Assembly: GCA_964016885.1 (NCBI GenBank)
Contig: OZ024741.1
Location: 131,750,001 to 131,814,000, forward strand
DNA: 64,000 nt
Direction of reading: 5' to 3'
DNA from: Eledone cirrhosa
Taxonomy: Eukaryota
The translations under genes were made by a program, and so were the position numbers. Within the stretch, counting starts at the first letter, position 1; each line of letters opens with the position of its first letter. Shown here one piece after another: positions 42,625 to 57,152 of this stretch. Below the pieces are notes generated by a model. The model searched no databases. It saw nothing but the letters and a program-made list of their open reading frames with translations, and was not told the origin of the DNA.

Positions 42625-42872
42625 GCTTGGCCGAGTGGTAAGGGTGTTGGACTTACGATTCTTCTAGACTGGGTCGTGTGTTGTGTTCTTGAACAAAATA
42701 CTTAATTTCTAATATATTCACCTGAAAATGCATACCAGCAATAATTTAGGGTAACACATCAATGGACAGGCGTCCTATCAAAGGTGAATCATGTATTCTC
42801 AGTCAATTAACGCCACGGAAACCAGTATAACCTCCGACCTGATGAGACTCCGGGTTCACGACACACTTTACA
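42625..42872 (+). mobile_element. SINE family B
   Basis: A box tggccgagtggtaagg, core, and tail gccacggaaacc...atgagactccggg...cacacttta. Confidence 0.7.
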
Positions 42873-43390
42873 CATATTTTAGTGTACAGTGTTCATTTAC
42901 ACAATAACACTTATACAATCATATTTATGTGAATATTCTTCATATAATCACCAGCTCCTCTATGTAAAAAGTATTAATGCATAAATTGAATAATGCAAGC
43001 TATTTTGCACCATAAATATGACTATATATTTTCATATAATCATAAATAACATTAACTGGGTCAAATCGTAATACGTTAATGCTGTCTGACTGTCAACTTA
43101 ATACTTCTGAATAATTTTATGGCAATGCGCTAACACTTATACACACATACATACAGACACGCACACACACATATATGTATATATATGTGTTAATTTGTGT
43201 GAACTAATTTCTTTTCGTTCTATATCTGCATGTGTATATAAAAAACAATTAGGTGCAACTTCAACACTTTAATATAATTTCCCTCTCTCTCCACGCAACC
43301 AGTGTCATGATCTCATCAGGCAGCTTCATTACATAATAAGATTACGTTCTCGAGGCAATCCAAACTAAAAAGGGAACAGACAAATATGAT

Positions 43391-43502
<112 letters not shown>

Positions 43503-43529
43503 TTATATATATATCTATGCATATGTATA

Positions 43530-43562
<33 letters not shown>

Positions 43563-43828
43563 GTGTACATATATAGATAGATATGCAAAATATATAAATA
43601 AATAAGGTTTTAGCCAAATGGGGAATTCTTTCAAATCCTAATTTGGACATCATGTACAGAGTTGTTATCGGAAACATATTTCTGTGTAGGGGGTTAATCC
43701 AGAACTTCTTGGATTTTGTCGACAGACATTTTCAATTCTATGTGTTTTGGTGTGATGGGAGATAGAGCGGGACCTGTTGAAATATATATATGTAACACAC
43801 AGGCACAGAGAGAGCGAGACAAACATAA

Positions 43829-43872
<44 letters not shown>

Positions 43873-43882
43873 TAATAAAAAC

Positions 43883-44330
43883 AATGAAATAAAAACAAAG
43901 AACAAGTTCCTTATATTAAAAAATTCATCATTTTACGATCGTTTCTGGGATGTATATGTGTGTTGGTATGTATATCATATATATCTATGTATATCATATA
44001 GATCTATGTAAAAATATTACAAATTATCATATACATGCCGTCATCGTTTCTGAGGACGGCATGTATATGTGAAGGTATGTATATTTCCTCTGATAATTTG
44101 TAATATTTTTACATAGATCTATGTGATATACATACCGACACACATATACATCCCAGAAACGATCGTAAAATGATGAATTTTTTAATATAAGGAACTTGTT
44201 CTTTGTTTTTATTCATTTATCTTGACTCTGTTTTCCTATGATTTTTATCGAAAATTTTTGAATGCATCTTCTCTTTTCATGATATTTGGATTACACTGAG
44301 TTCTTCATACGGATTGGACACTACCGTATA
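43883..44330 (+). mobile_element. Fold-back hammerhead mini-element with a long stem II
   Basis: 43883-44029 is inverted at 44091-44217. CTGAGGA at 44050-44056 and GAAAC-GATC-GTA at 44156-44167. Confidence 0.85.
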
Positions 44331-44339
44331 TTTTGGTAG

Positions 44340-44444
<105 letters not shown>

Positions 44445-45024
44445 TATATACATATAAATATATATACACATATATACATACATATATATATATATTATAT
44501 ATATATATGCATTGATATGCATAATACATGCATAGATGCATACATGCATAGATGTATGTATTTGATTTTTTAAATACTTGATATGAATTAAAAAATGTTT
44601 TCACAGCTGTTCAACTCCGCTGTCAGAGCGATGTTATACACCTATACAATCACCCTCACTCTACACACACACACCACACACACACACATACACATACTAA
44701 CACGCACAAGCATACATTTCCTTTCGAATCCAAACCGGTTAAAATTAAAACAATCATTCTCACACATTCATTTCTGTCTGCAGTTAACTAACCTACCTCC
44801 CCCAAACCACTCTACCCCATCCCACTTGATTCATTCGCCACTTCTACCCCAATCAAACACACACTCATAGTGTCTCCCATACATACTGTTTCCAGTTTCA
44901 CAGGGCTGTTGGTAACGTTTATGTATGTTGGGTAGGTTTGGCTTAAAGAACGTGTGCGGGAGAGACAATCAGAAAGAGAGATGACAAGAGAGAGAGAAAT
45001 GTGTGTGAGAAAGAGAGAAAAAGA

Positions 45025-45084
<60 letters not shown>

Positions 45085-45174
45085 GGGGGGAGAGAGGGGG
45101 GGGGGCAAACCGATAGAAATATAGAAAAGAGTGCCTAAACTTTTTCTTTTTGTGGAAAGGATAAGTTTCAATAG

Positions 45175-47062
45175 TTAGTGCATCTGCTGTCAACACATTC
45201 TGCTAAGCAGAAAAGATGTCGTAGAGGATCTCGGGAAACAAAGGACCAGTTGTTAATTTATAAGGCGATTGTAAGGAACAGCAAGAGAACAAAAAAGAAC
45301 TTGGCAATGTTTTTCATAGATTACAATCAATCCTACGACATGGTCCCCACTCTCGGTTAAGGGAAACCCTCAATCTTGTAGTTATAGCAGATAACATCAA
45401 TGAAATGCTATTCAACAGCATGGAGTAGTGGAGAACAGAATTGTCATCTGGAGGGACTCATTATCACCTTTGTTGTTGATCATTATACTGATTTCCCTTA
45501 CTCTTGTTCTTAGAGAAATAAATTCTGGATATTACATGGCGAAAGAGTCCATCTCTATAACCCATCTATTGTTCATGGATCATTTAAAGTTGTATGGCTG
45601 TAATGGAAGAGAACTTTATTCATTTGTCCACACAGTGAGGATTGTATCTGATGACATAGGCATGAATTTTTGCTTAGATAAATGCAAAACGTTGTCAATG
45701 ACAAAGGGCAGATTGGTTGAGATCAATGATATTGAAATGCTTGATGATGAAAGCATGTCACAAATAGAAGAAACAGATACAAATAATTGGTCAAGTTACC
45801 GCATGCAGAAATCAAAAGGAGGAAGATTGAAAAAGAGTACATGAGGAGGCTGACAAAATTGTCGAAGTCAAAACTGTATACAAGAAATCTAACTTATGGA
45901 ATAAAACAATGGACTTGGGGAGTAGTGAGGTATAGTGCTAGAATAGTTGATTAGGTGAAACAAAACCTTGAAAGAATTGATAGACGCACGCATAAGATCT
46001 TAACATGCAATGGGTGCTTACACCCACGGATAAATTTGCAAGACTGTACCTTAAGAGAAAGATTGGAGAGGTTTAATTTGGGTTAAGCAGTGTTTACGTA
46101 GTTAGTGCTACAGCTTGTGGAACTAGCTGACAGTAACGGAAGAACCACTGCTCAGAGAAGTTCTGAAGGAAGACTATAACAGAAAGTCAAGGTAAGAAAG
46201 TATTCAACAAAGTCTTTACAGGGAGACATGAACAGGCATAGAAAGAAAAGTTTCTTCATGGTAAATTTCCAGCAGCCATTAAAGATATTGGTGACCCTAG
46301 ATCTTGGTTTGGCTTAGGTCAGATTGGGTTAAAAGGTGCACCGAGGCTATTACTACTGCCGCACAAGAACATACTCTCAGAACAAATTGGGTGAAAGCTA
46401 ACATCTATGGACAAAATTGCTCCTCACTATGCAGAGTATACCATAAAGCAGACGAATCTGTGCTAATGGGTGTGAGCAATTAGCAAAATAATGTTATAAA
46501 ATCCGGTATGATCTGATAAAAAATGAGTCCATTGGGAGTTGTGCAAAAATTACGACATAGAAACACAATGTCAGTGGTACGAACATACACTTCTTGAATT
46601 CTGCATGTCGGGTGAGGGGGTAGAGTTATTTTAAGACCTTGAAATAATGACCACAAACAAATCCCAACACTACCACCCTGGTATTGTTGTAAACCCCACT
46701 CCCACCCCGAATATGTACTGTAATTGATATTGTGATCACTCAAGATCAGAATGTGGCTAAAAAGAAAACGGAAACGATCAATAAGTATGCATACATTGCA
46801 AGCGTTATCAGAATTCATTAGCGTGTAGAGACAGAAGTCGTGCCAATCGTCACAGGGGCCCTAGGCACGGTTCCAAAAAGTCTTACGTCTTTCATCAAAA
46901 GACTTCAGATACTGGACTTCATAGGCAGTGCCTACATTTCTACCATCACCGACACTGCCAGAATCCTACGCAATATATTGAGCCTCAGAGATCAGGGACT
47001 GTTCTGAAGCCAATTAACATGCTGCTCCTTGAAACCGATTAATAAAGAAACCTTACCATTAT
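45175..47062 (+). mobile_element. R4/Dong-clade non-LTR element, decayed (RT, zinc-finger and RLE remnants)
   Basis: QKRCRRGSRETKDQLLI, IDYNQSYDMVP, DSLSPLL, THLLFMDHLKLYG, AAQEHTLRTNW, QWYEH, VVPIVTGALGTVPKSL. Many stops. Confidence 0.88.
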
Positions 47063-47065
47063 TAT

Positions 47066-47576
47066 TGTGGTGGTTTGGCAGTGTCGGTAGAGCGTTGGGC
47101 AATATGCTTTGCAGCATAGAGTTACGGCCCTTTATATCCTGAGTTCAAATCCCGCCGAGGTTAGCTTCGCCTTTCATCCTACCGGTGTCGAGAAAATAAA
47201 ATACCAGTAATGCCTTGGGTCGATCTAATCGACTTTCCTCTCCCCACCAAATTACTGGCCTTGTGCCTAAAGTAGAAATCAGAGGTTAACTTTGCCTTTC
47301 ATCCTAAATAAAGTACCAGTAATGCACTGAGTTAATTTCTGGCCTTGTGCCAAAAGTAGAAACGATTATTATTATTATTTGTAAGAATTGTTTCTACTAT
47401 TGGCACAAGGCCAGCAATTACCCAGTACATTACTGGTACTTTATTTTATCGACCCTGTAAGGATGAAAGGCAAAGTTAACCTCGGCGAGATTTGAACTCA
47501 GAATGGCAAGGGCCGTAACTCTATGCGTCAAAGCATGGTGTCCGACCCTCTACTGCTACTACCAATTCACCGCCCT
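47066..47576. mobile_element. Cluster of three SINE family A copies (+,+,-)
   Basis: 47066-47282(+), 47283-47378(+, partial), 47387-47576(-, full). Confidence 0.9.
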
Positions 47577-48109
47577 GTTATTATTTGTAATAATGATTTC
47601 ATTATTGGCCACTAGGGCCGAAGGAATATATGCTCGGATATATCTAAACACACTAACACACAAGCAAGCCAATACACCATACAGATCATTGTGAAATATC
47701 TCAGATTACTGTCAAAGACAACCATTTTTTTAGGGGAGAGGGGGAGGGGGCTTCAGAAATATGACCTCATAAAGATTTATGGAAACAATAAAAATGATAC
47801 TTTTATCTTTTCGTTTGCGTATATCTTCAGCAAGATAATATTTCACTAAATCAGACGATAGAGGCTACAGTTGTGTCGGCTCCCACAAAGATATATATGT
47901 TGCTAAAATGGCACCCTGCTTTCACAAACTACACACATTCTCGGATATTGGTTTTGATATCTGATTTACCGTATTTGAGATAATATCAATGTTTCGAGGT
48001 CGCTGTCCTTATCATCGTTATCATAGCTCTTATTCTCGCCGACGTCATCATCATCGTCAAGGCGATGTCTCTCTGTATCAAATAATTCGAGATCAACTTT
48101 GGCATTAAA

Positions 48110-48680
48110 TTCTTCCGGGATCATTAAACTATGTTTGCTATGGTTTTGTGATGTCCTCCACGCCATTCCTCCTATACATTTATTGTACAACGCCAACAAT
48201 TGCCGCTCCTTTACAAATGATGCAGCCATTTATTTCTCCTCAACTTTCTCCGCTCAAGCGTCATCCACATCAAACTTAAGCTTATCACACTATAACTGTA
48301 ATGGACTCATGAACATAGGACTCAAAAATATTCTCTAATGCTGTCACGTAAATTTTGTCTCTTTCATTTCAAAAAGAAATAAGGAACTATAAATATGAAA
48401 ATATCATCAGCCCTCAGAATTAACCCCCAAAACACTGAATGTCGCTAATAAATATTTTCCTATTTTCCCATTGACTCTCGGAGTTGTAGGATGCGCTACA
48501 TTATACAACGTTTTCGGACAAATACTCTCTGAGCTTGACCTAAGCTTCACAATCACTAACAATCTCACACGGTAAAGCCACATCTTCAATATAGAGGACC
48601 ATAAAATACTAAACATTCTACAAAAGCTTAGGTTATCTCCACAAGGGAGTAATGCTCCCACATCTGAGATAGCACTGCTA
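48110..48680 (+). mobile_element. Possible decayed CR1/Jockey-group RT fragment
   Basis: SFTNDAAIYFS resembles FADD..LY. The remainder is only weakly RT-like. Confidence 0.35.
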
Positions 48681-49123
48681 GTACACATACAGACAGTTGC
48701 TATAGATATTGTTGTTGCAGTTAAGGTTCTTTTTGTTATTGATGTAGTAGTTGTTTTGTTGTTGTTGATATTATGACAATAGAGTTAGATATAGTGGTAT
48801 TAGTACTACTGCTTCTAGTCATTGTAGTGATGGTAGTAGTTGCAGTTATGTTAGATATAGTTGCTGACAAAGTTATGTAGTTGTAGTCGCAATAGTCGTG
48901 GTTGGTTCTTGTAGTCATAGTGGTTATAGTAGACGTAGTGGTATTAGTAGTAGTCGTAGAAATACTACAACTACTAGTCATAAGAGTAGTAGTGGTTGTA
49001 GTTGTAGTTGTAGTTACTATTGCCGTCACATGTGTTGCGGGCTAAGTAAATTAACTGAGACTCAAAGTAAACTATATTGAATAAATATTCATTAATCAAA
49101 TACGAGTCAATGTATGTGTGTTT

Positions 49124-49229
<106 letters not shown>

Positions 49230-49329
49230 TTATACATAAGTATGTTCGTTTATCTGTTTATCTGTCAGCAAATGTGTGCGACACACACAAGTACTTTCTC
49301 TGCATCATGTATAGCCATGTATGTATATA

Positions 49330-49383
<54 letters not shown>

Positions 49384-49400
49384 TATACATATATATACAC

Positions 49401-49548
<148 letters not shown>

Positions 49549-49989
49549 GTGTGTGTATGTGTGTGTGTGCGTGCGTGTGCGTATATATGTATGTATATAT
49601 AGTTATATATACATATGTATGTATCTATATATACGTATATATGTATATATCAATATATATGTATGTATATATAAATGTGTGTGCAGACATATCATCAGGA
49701 ACGAAGGTATACATTTGCGTACGTAAAGCTGTGTGAATATGGATATACACGCGTATATATGCACACATGTCGTATACATGCACATATATCGTATACATGC
49801 ACATATGTATACATGCACATATATCGTATACATGCACATACGTATACATGCACATATGTATATCTAATTAACGATGTTAGTTGAAGAAACTTTGCAAATT
49901 ATCATATTGAAATTCGTGAATGTATATTCATATATCGATGTATACACCTCAACCAACTACACATACACACACATACACACACACGCATG

Positions 49990-50063
<74 letters not shown>

Positions 50064-50354
50064 GAGAGAGATATATACACCTACATACGTACATGCTCAC
50101 ATACATATACACTTACATACATGCATTTATCCTACAAACATATGTATATATAATTATATACATGTGTATATATATTTATATATATCTATATACATGCCTA
50201 TGTATATGCACATGTATATGCACATATGCATCTATATACATGCAAATATATAGACACATAGAGTTACTTACATCTACACTACTGCACATACGTACATATA
50301 CTTAGAAAGAGGTATGTTGACAGCCTCAAGCCGAGCAAACAGGAAGAGATGCAA

Positions 50355-50413
<59 letters not shown>

Positions 50414-50966
50414 CTTTTTATAGTTTATATTATTTTTATGTAATATTTACTTGTTAGTTTGTGTTTATATCTATTCTAAAATTAAATTAAACAGATTTTA
50501 TGAAATGCATTTGAAGTTATAAATGGTTGCTGTACATTACTCATATACATGAACACACACTCATACACACACACACACACCCTCACTCGCGTACACACAT
50601 TTCGACACGTACACACACACGCTCACCTACACATTCACGCACACACGCACTGACATACACGCTCACACACGTACAGACACACAGGCACACATAGACACAC
50701 ACTCTCACACACATACGCACACAAAACAAACAAACAAACAAATATATACACATGTCAGTGTCTCTTGGAATATTCTTGTGTTGTTTTGTAATATGTGTCA
50801 GAAGTAGATTTCTCCATTTCCAGTGTCAGCCATCTCCAATTACGACCTCCACCTTCTTAAGTTTTAATCTCAAATCCCTTGGCATTTATTTCTCACTATG
50901 TCAGTCTAAAATTCTTAGTGTTTTGCGTATTATTTTTCATGAAATGCTCTTATTTTTTCATTTGAA

Positions 50967-51190
50967 GCGGCCGGTGGATTGGCAGTATCGGTAGAGCGTC
51001 GGACAACGTGCTTCGTGGCATAGAGTTACGGCCCTTTACGTTCTGAGTTCAAATCCCGCCGAGGTTAGCTTTGCCTTTCATCCTTACGGGGTCGATAAAA
51101 TAATGCACTAGAAATACACTAGGATCGATTTAATCGATTATCTCCTCCCCCTCAAATTGCTGGCCTTGTGCCTAAATTTATAAACAATTT
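50967..51190 (+). mobile_element. SINE family A (long-tail variant) with TSD
   Basis: A/B boxes and core. ttttttcatttgaag is present on both sides. Confidence 0.9.
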
Positions 51191-51319
51191 TTTCATTTGA
51201 AGTCAAATTATTAATACACACACACGCACACACACACACACGTTCATATATATTATATATACACACATCTCTCTTCTCTTCTATTGCCCGACTCGATCTT
51301 GAATATTGTTGTCCACTGT

Positions 51320-51870
51320 GGTCTCCCTACACGAAACAAAGTATTATGAAAATGGAAGCAACTCAAGGTCAATCACAAAAAAAATACACGGCATGACTGA
51401 CCTTGATGATTGCGGTCGATTAGAAAAGCTTAAACTCTACCTCTCCATCGCCGCCAAGGGCACTACATTATCTGTATGATGTGGAAAATGTTCCATTAGC
51501 ATTGCCCAAATTCTGTTGGCATCATCTTTAAAATACACCTAACGCTTGAGCCCCGTCCTAGTCACCCACAACATAAATAAAACTCGCATTTCATAACAAC
51601 ATTGCGACACAATTATTTCACCTCAACTGGTCTCACTCTCTTTAACATTACACCAAAAGACATTGAAACAGAAACAGATCCCATAAAATTCATAAAGTCT
51701 TTGGACAAATTCCTCCAAGTAATCCCGGATATATCTCCGTAAACAATAACTGTTTTCTTGAGTTAGTTATGGTGTCCAAATCCTGATTTGAAAGACTTCG
51801 CCAAGTGGTGCTATTAAGTTAGACATGGCCTGGGCCAATAAAGGCGGAAACCATCAAAGTTATCAAAGTT
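51320..51870 (+). mobile_element. CR1-group LINE 3' fragment
   Basis: ITKKIHGMTDLD..GRLEKLKLY/LHRRQ.HYIICMMWKMF remnant. Ends in (atcaaagtt)2. Confidence 0.65.
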
Positions 51871-51877
51871 ATATATA

Positions 51878-52516
51878 TATATGAAAAATATGGGGAGAAG
51901 AATACTGCATGGTTGCACATGGATAACATGTTATAAAATGAGTCCCTCATCAGTGATTTGCCAACGGTCATTGGTATTTCATTGCATTAAAAATCATATA
52001 CCTCACGTTGGTGCAATAATAACTAAAATAAGTTATGAGGACAATTAAAACGCGTAAAGCGAGTGAGACAAGTAAACAACACAGGGGAAAGCTAACCGAA
52101 GATAGGAAGAAACACAAGCTACATAGTTATTCTATCAGTATAAGCTGGGTGAATATATGAGCGAGTAAGAAATAGACCTTTCGCGATGAATCCGATGTAA
52201 GAAAGAAGGAAATCGTTTTCGTAGCGAACGGGGGGAATTGAGAAGGGGAGAAACAGTGAGTGAGTGAGTGGAAGTGCGAGGAAGAGGTCAGTAGAGAGAA
52301 AGTGTTAACTGACATGACAGAGGGGACGAAAGAATGTAAGAGAAACAGAGAGAACGAGGGATCAGTAAGAGAGAGAGAGAGAGAAAAACAGAATCGCAGT
52401 TTAGGTAAATATATGTGAAAAATATGGGGAGAAGAATACTGCATGGTTGCACATGGATAACATGTTATAAAATGAGTCCCTCATCAGTGATTTGCCAACG
52501 GTCATTGGTATTTCAT

Positions 52517-52521
<5 letters not shown>
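51878..52521 (-). mobile_element. (TA)n-flanked element with ~105-bp identical direct terminal repeats (partial-tandem pLTR-like)
   Basis: 51882-51987 equals 52416-52521. Contains CTGATGAG on the minus strand. Confidence 0.75.
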
Positions 52522-52563
<42 letters not shown>

Positions 52564-53756
52564 TTATATATTTGTTTTGTACGTTACATAATGTGAAATC
52601 GTGTGTTGAAATCGATATTTTAATATTTGGGTATGGTCATGTTGCCAGTATTGGCAATAAAAAACACACGCACCATATAATTTTCACTTTTCACTTCATC
52701 TTTATTACTAGTTATTAGTTAGCTCGTCAAAGTTCATTCATCACACATTCAGTGACCTCCTCAATGACTAACTGTTCTCTTTCTCTTCTTTCTGGTCTTA
52801 ATCTGTTACTCCATCCTTTCTATTCTATAACGTTGTTGCGCTGTTATTGTTTTCCTTATACAACAGAATATGCCGCTTTTTACTACCTTGCTAGCCTGGC
52901 AGAGGCTTACGTCATTACGTTTACGTATCAGTTTTGGAAGATTCTTGATGTGATATTGTGTGATGAAATCAATATTGTTGTATTTGGGGACGCTCATGTT
53001 GCCAATATTATGCGAGAACATATATGGAGACGCGGTAAATCAGTTATATTGTTGATTATAATCACATAACACTACCATCTATATAGTATGTTGAGGTAAG
53101 GCTGTAAGCAATTTAGATGGTCATGTTTTTCTACGTTCACATAAGGCACGGAATTTGACCCCAGAAAGCAACGAGGCAGAACACACGCGCTATAAATTTC
53201 ATCCGAGCACCACGAATGAACTGATAGAATTTTTTTTTTTATCGACAGTGAAATTGTGAAAAGCAAATTTGACATTGGTGGGATTTAATCTCAACTTGCA
53301 GTGTCCGAACAAATGCCGTGATTTAATCACACTGTACTTTTGATTGCAACCACACATTAGCACAAGAGATAGTTTGAGGCGGAGATCCGTTAGTTTGTCA
53401 TCTTGTTAACGATCGACAAGATGTCAGATCTCATTCGCTTACCGAGTGGGGTGAAACACATAAAATCGGTTCAAGGAAACAATGTTTCTCTTGGTCTTTC
53501 CATTGCTGACACTAACTACCGGTTGCAATTCCTAGCAGAAAGAGCAACGTGAAATAAATGTCTTACTCAAGGACATAATGCATCGCCCGATCGGGGAATC
53601 GAACTCACAACATCACGATTGTGAATCAATCACTCTAACCACTAAGACACGAGCCTTCACATACTTCACTATGACCATATATTACGGCTACATATAACTA
53701 TATACCTATATAACTGTTTATAATATCTACAAAGAACAACTGATTCATTAAGAATA

Positions 53757-53927
53757 ATGGTTTCTGATTTAAGCACAAGGCCAACACATCGACCCCAGTG
53801 CCTTACTGGTACTTTATTTTATCGATCCCATTAGGTTGAAAGGCAAAGATAACCTCGGTAGGATTTGAACTCTAGGTCGCAAAGCATGGTGTCCGACGCT
53901 TTACCTAGATTGCTAATCCATTGCCCT
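53757..53927 (-). mobile_element. SINE family A, diverged
   Basis: Reverse-complement core and B box. Confidence 0.8.
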
Positions 53928-54138
53928 TGATATATTAAAAGTAATAAAAGAGAAATAGTTGACGGAGAAAAAATGAAAATGTCGTATTGCTTTTACTCGG
54001 GGGGTTTCTTGTTTGAAATGCTCTTCGGGTGTAATATCTGACATTAGTGGCTAGGTGTAACGTTTGAAGTGTTCAAACGTGATATGTTAATACATTCTAA
54101 CACTTGAGGCTTGTGTATATTCACATACATACATACAT

Positions 54139-54726
54139 GGTGGCTGCCAACTCGTTTTCGAGTACGGCCACTACTTTATATCCATGTAGGAGAACCCCTA
54201 CCGATGCGCTGAACGAGTGTGACTTTTTAGTCCAGCCAACGACTTGAAAACTCTGGTACAAACACTACACTTGTGACAATTATTGACATATAGTTCTGGG
54301 CCCATGGTACCATGTGACGACAAGTGCAGAGAGATTTTCAGATATAAAGCACATGCCTGTGCCGTGAAGCTTTTATAGTGAGCAAAGGCACTGCACAAAG
54401 CCAGTGCCACTCTCTTAACCAAATTTATATTTACCAAAATAAGAACAAGTCAACATCATTGGATACCATCAGGGTTGCAGGTGTTATATCAGAGTTTTCC
54501 TTCTCCTAGAATTCTGCCTTGACAAAGGCTAAGGGGTCATCTCTCCCGGTGATTTTGGTTGGCCATTGAATCTTAAGAGCTCCTTTGCCCTTTGACAGGT
54601 TTTGTTTTTAGTCCTGCAGGATGTCCAAAGTCACCCTCCTCACCAAGAAACCTTGGTGGGGTTGCCAGCTTAGTCGCCAACGACCCGACCATGAGACAGG
54701 TTGTACTAGGATACATGTTACCAGTA
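54139..54726 (-). mobile_element. RTE-derived bipartite SINE (family C)
   Basis: Near-identical to 41043-41630. (TACA)n lies on both sides. Confidence 0.9.
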
Positions 54727-55224
54727 GGTACATACATACTTACATACATACATACATACATACATACATGCATGCATGCATACATAAATACATAAATACA
54801 TACACAGATACATACATACATACGTACATACATACATGCATATATACATACACACAAACACACATACATACATACATATACACACATACTTACATACATA
54901 CTTACACACTCTCACACTCACATAAATCTCTCTTGCTTTCTCTTTCTCTTTCTATTTTTCTGTTTATATTACTACTAGTACAAATCCAGCTGTCGTCTGT
55001 TCTACAGTGTGGATGTAATTCACTTCGCGCAGAAGTTTTGTTCAAATTTATTGCGGAAATTTTGTGAGTTCAAATTTAATTTTGATACTATTGTGTAGCT
55101 TGACACCCCGTCTGAACTGTCAGACGGTGGGTCAGCTCATTTTTACCCCTCCTAGAGGTGAAAAACTTGTTTTTTAAAATTTTGTGGCAAAAAAAAAAAA
55201 AAATTTTTCAATCGTCTGACAGAA

Positions 55225-57119
55225 ATGTTAAACGAAGCGAACGAATACAGTGGTGGGGGGACAGCGGTAAGAGTTGTGAGCTCGCACGCTTTAGTCCCCC
55301 CTTCCTTCCCAACTAACGTCCTGGAGAAGGAAGGAAAAAACAAAATTAAAACAGACGAATCTGCGGAGAAAAATGACGAAAACACAAATCTGGACATGGA
55401 TTCCAACAACGAAAAAAAAAAAATTTGAAAAATTGCATGACAATATTAATACCACAAACAAAGACACAACAAACACAAAAATAACATTTGAAAACAACAT
55501 AACAGAAAGCAAAGCAGACGACAGAGTCAACAAGATTTCATTTGCACAAAAAACAAAGAAATCTTTGACATATATACCCGAAAATATTTCAGATGTGGCA
55601 CGAAGAATCACAGATGCCAAACAATACATAAGTGAAGGAGAGAATGGTATTTTATCGGTTAAAATGCCTCAAGAACTCACCAAAGACATTGAAAGCCGAA
55701 CGGTCGTGTTCCGCACCATCAAGAACACCTCAAAAAAACCTGAACAGCCTTCTCAAGCAGATATCAAAACAGTACTCACAGAAGTACTTAATGAAACCAC
55801 TTTCATAAGAAAAGACAGACTGTATGGAAGCCTAGCAATTATCATGAAGAACGAATCGGCGGCAAAAAATGTGCTTTGTCACCGATTCGTTCGAAAAATT
55901 TTACATTTTATCCATCTTATATGGGTAAAAGAACTCAACGCATATGGCTGGATGCAATGATGCGGACTACTGCTGGCTCATAGCTGGCTTCATCGATCCA
56001 GTGAATGACAACGTGATTTCCATTGGGAAAACCACAGGCAATGCGTTCAGTGGAACAGGTATAGAGCTGGTAGTGCAAATGAAGCCTGAACGCATCGCTC
56101 AAATACCCGACAGAATCCTATTAGAGGGCCACGGGTATATAAACATTAGCGTGGAGGGGAGAAGGCCATCCTGTCATATCTGTGCAGGCAGAGGGCACCT
56201 GAAGGCCGCTTGTCCCCAACTCAACAAAAAGAAAACCCTGCTACCAACACCAGCTCCACCACCACCACCACAACAGATAAACAAACAACAAAACTCAGTC
56301 CCACCCAACCCGTCCCTCAGTAAAACTACACCACCACCACAACACAAACAGTCACAACACATTACCCCAAAACAAAATACAGGCCCACCCAACCCCTCAC
56401 TCAATAAAACAACACAACCACCGCAGACACAACACACAACACAGTCTAACATAGTGACATCCATCTCCCCCACAAAGAAAACCAACACGGAAACATTACC
56501 AGCAAACATACCTCTTCCCTCCAACACTGAAGATAACCCAACGAATTCGGAGGAAGAAACGGAGTCCTTCAGACAGATTAAAAGGAAAAAAAGAAAACAT
56601 GTGCAAAACACACAAGGCCAAACAACCCCCACCCAAACGTCAACACAATCCAACAAAACAGAAAACACCCCTCCAGCAACAAACAAAACCAAACCTGCCC
56701 CTCCCCTCTTCGAAACACTCACACCATCCGAAAAAAAGACATTACACTATACTTACATCAACAGAAACAATAATAAATTAAATGAACTCATAAACAATAA
56801 TCCTTCGGTACAAACCGAAGGTGTAAACTTTGTTTCTTCAGAAAACTACCCACATTTAAAATTAATAAAGATCCCAATGAACCTCTACCAAAAACTAAAA
56901 AAGGATTTTAAGGAGGACGTAGGACCACCCTCTGTCAAACCCATAAACTGCGTCCTACTAAAAAGCTTTCCCCCTCCCCTTCCCCTCCCCAACACAACTC
57001 CAATCACCCCAACCCCACCACACACTGACGACCCCACACCACCACAAGACACCCCTTCACCCAACACCCCCGACCCCATGGAAGTCGTGCGACCCGAACC
57101 CCAGAAAGCGGAAAGGTAG
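55225..57119 (+). pseudogene. LINE ORF1 (gag-like, CCHC zinc knuckle), about three frameshifts
   Basis: Segments 55225-55428, 55373-55880, ~55880-55955 (FYPSYMGKRTQRIWL) and 55944-57119. CHICAGRGHLKAAC is CX2CX4HX4C, followed by a Pro/Thr-rich tail. Confidence 0.8.
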
Positions 57120-57152
57120 GTCTTTACACTCTCCTTTGGCTCTGCCGCCCAC

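Noticed and set aside
47966-48229. Acidic 87-aa ORF as a host exon
   Set aside because: No recognisable domain or convincing splice context, and it overlaps a probable decayed LINE.
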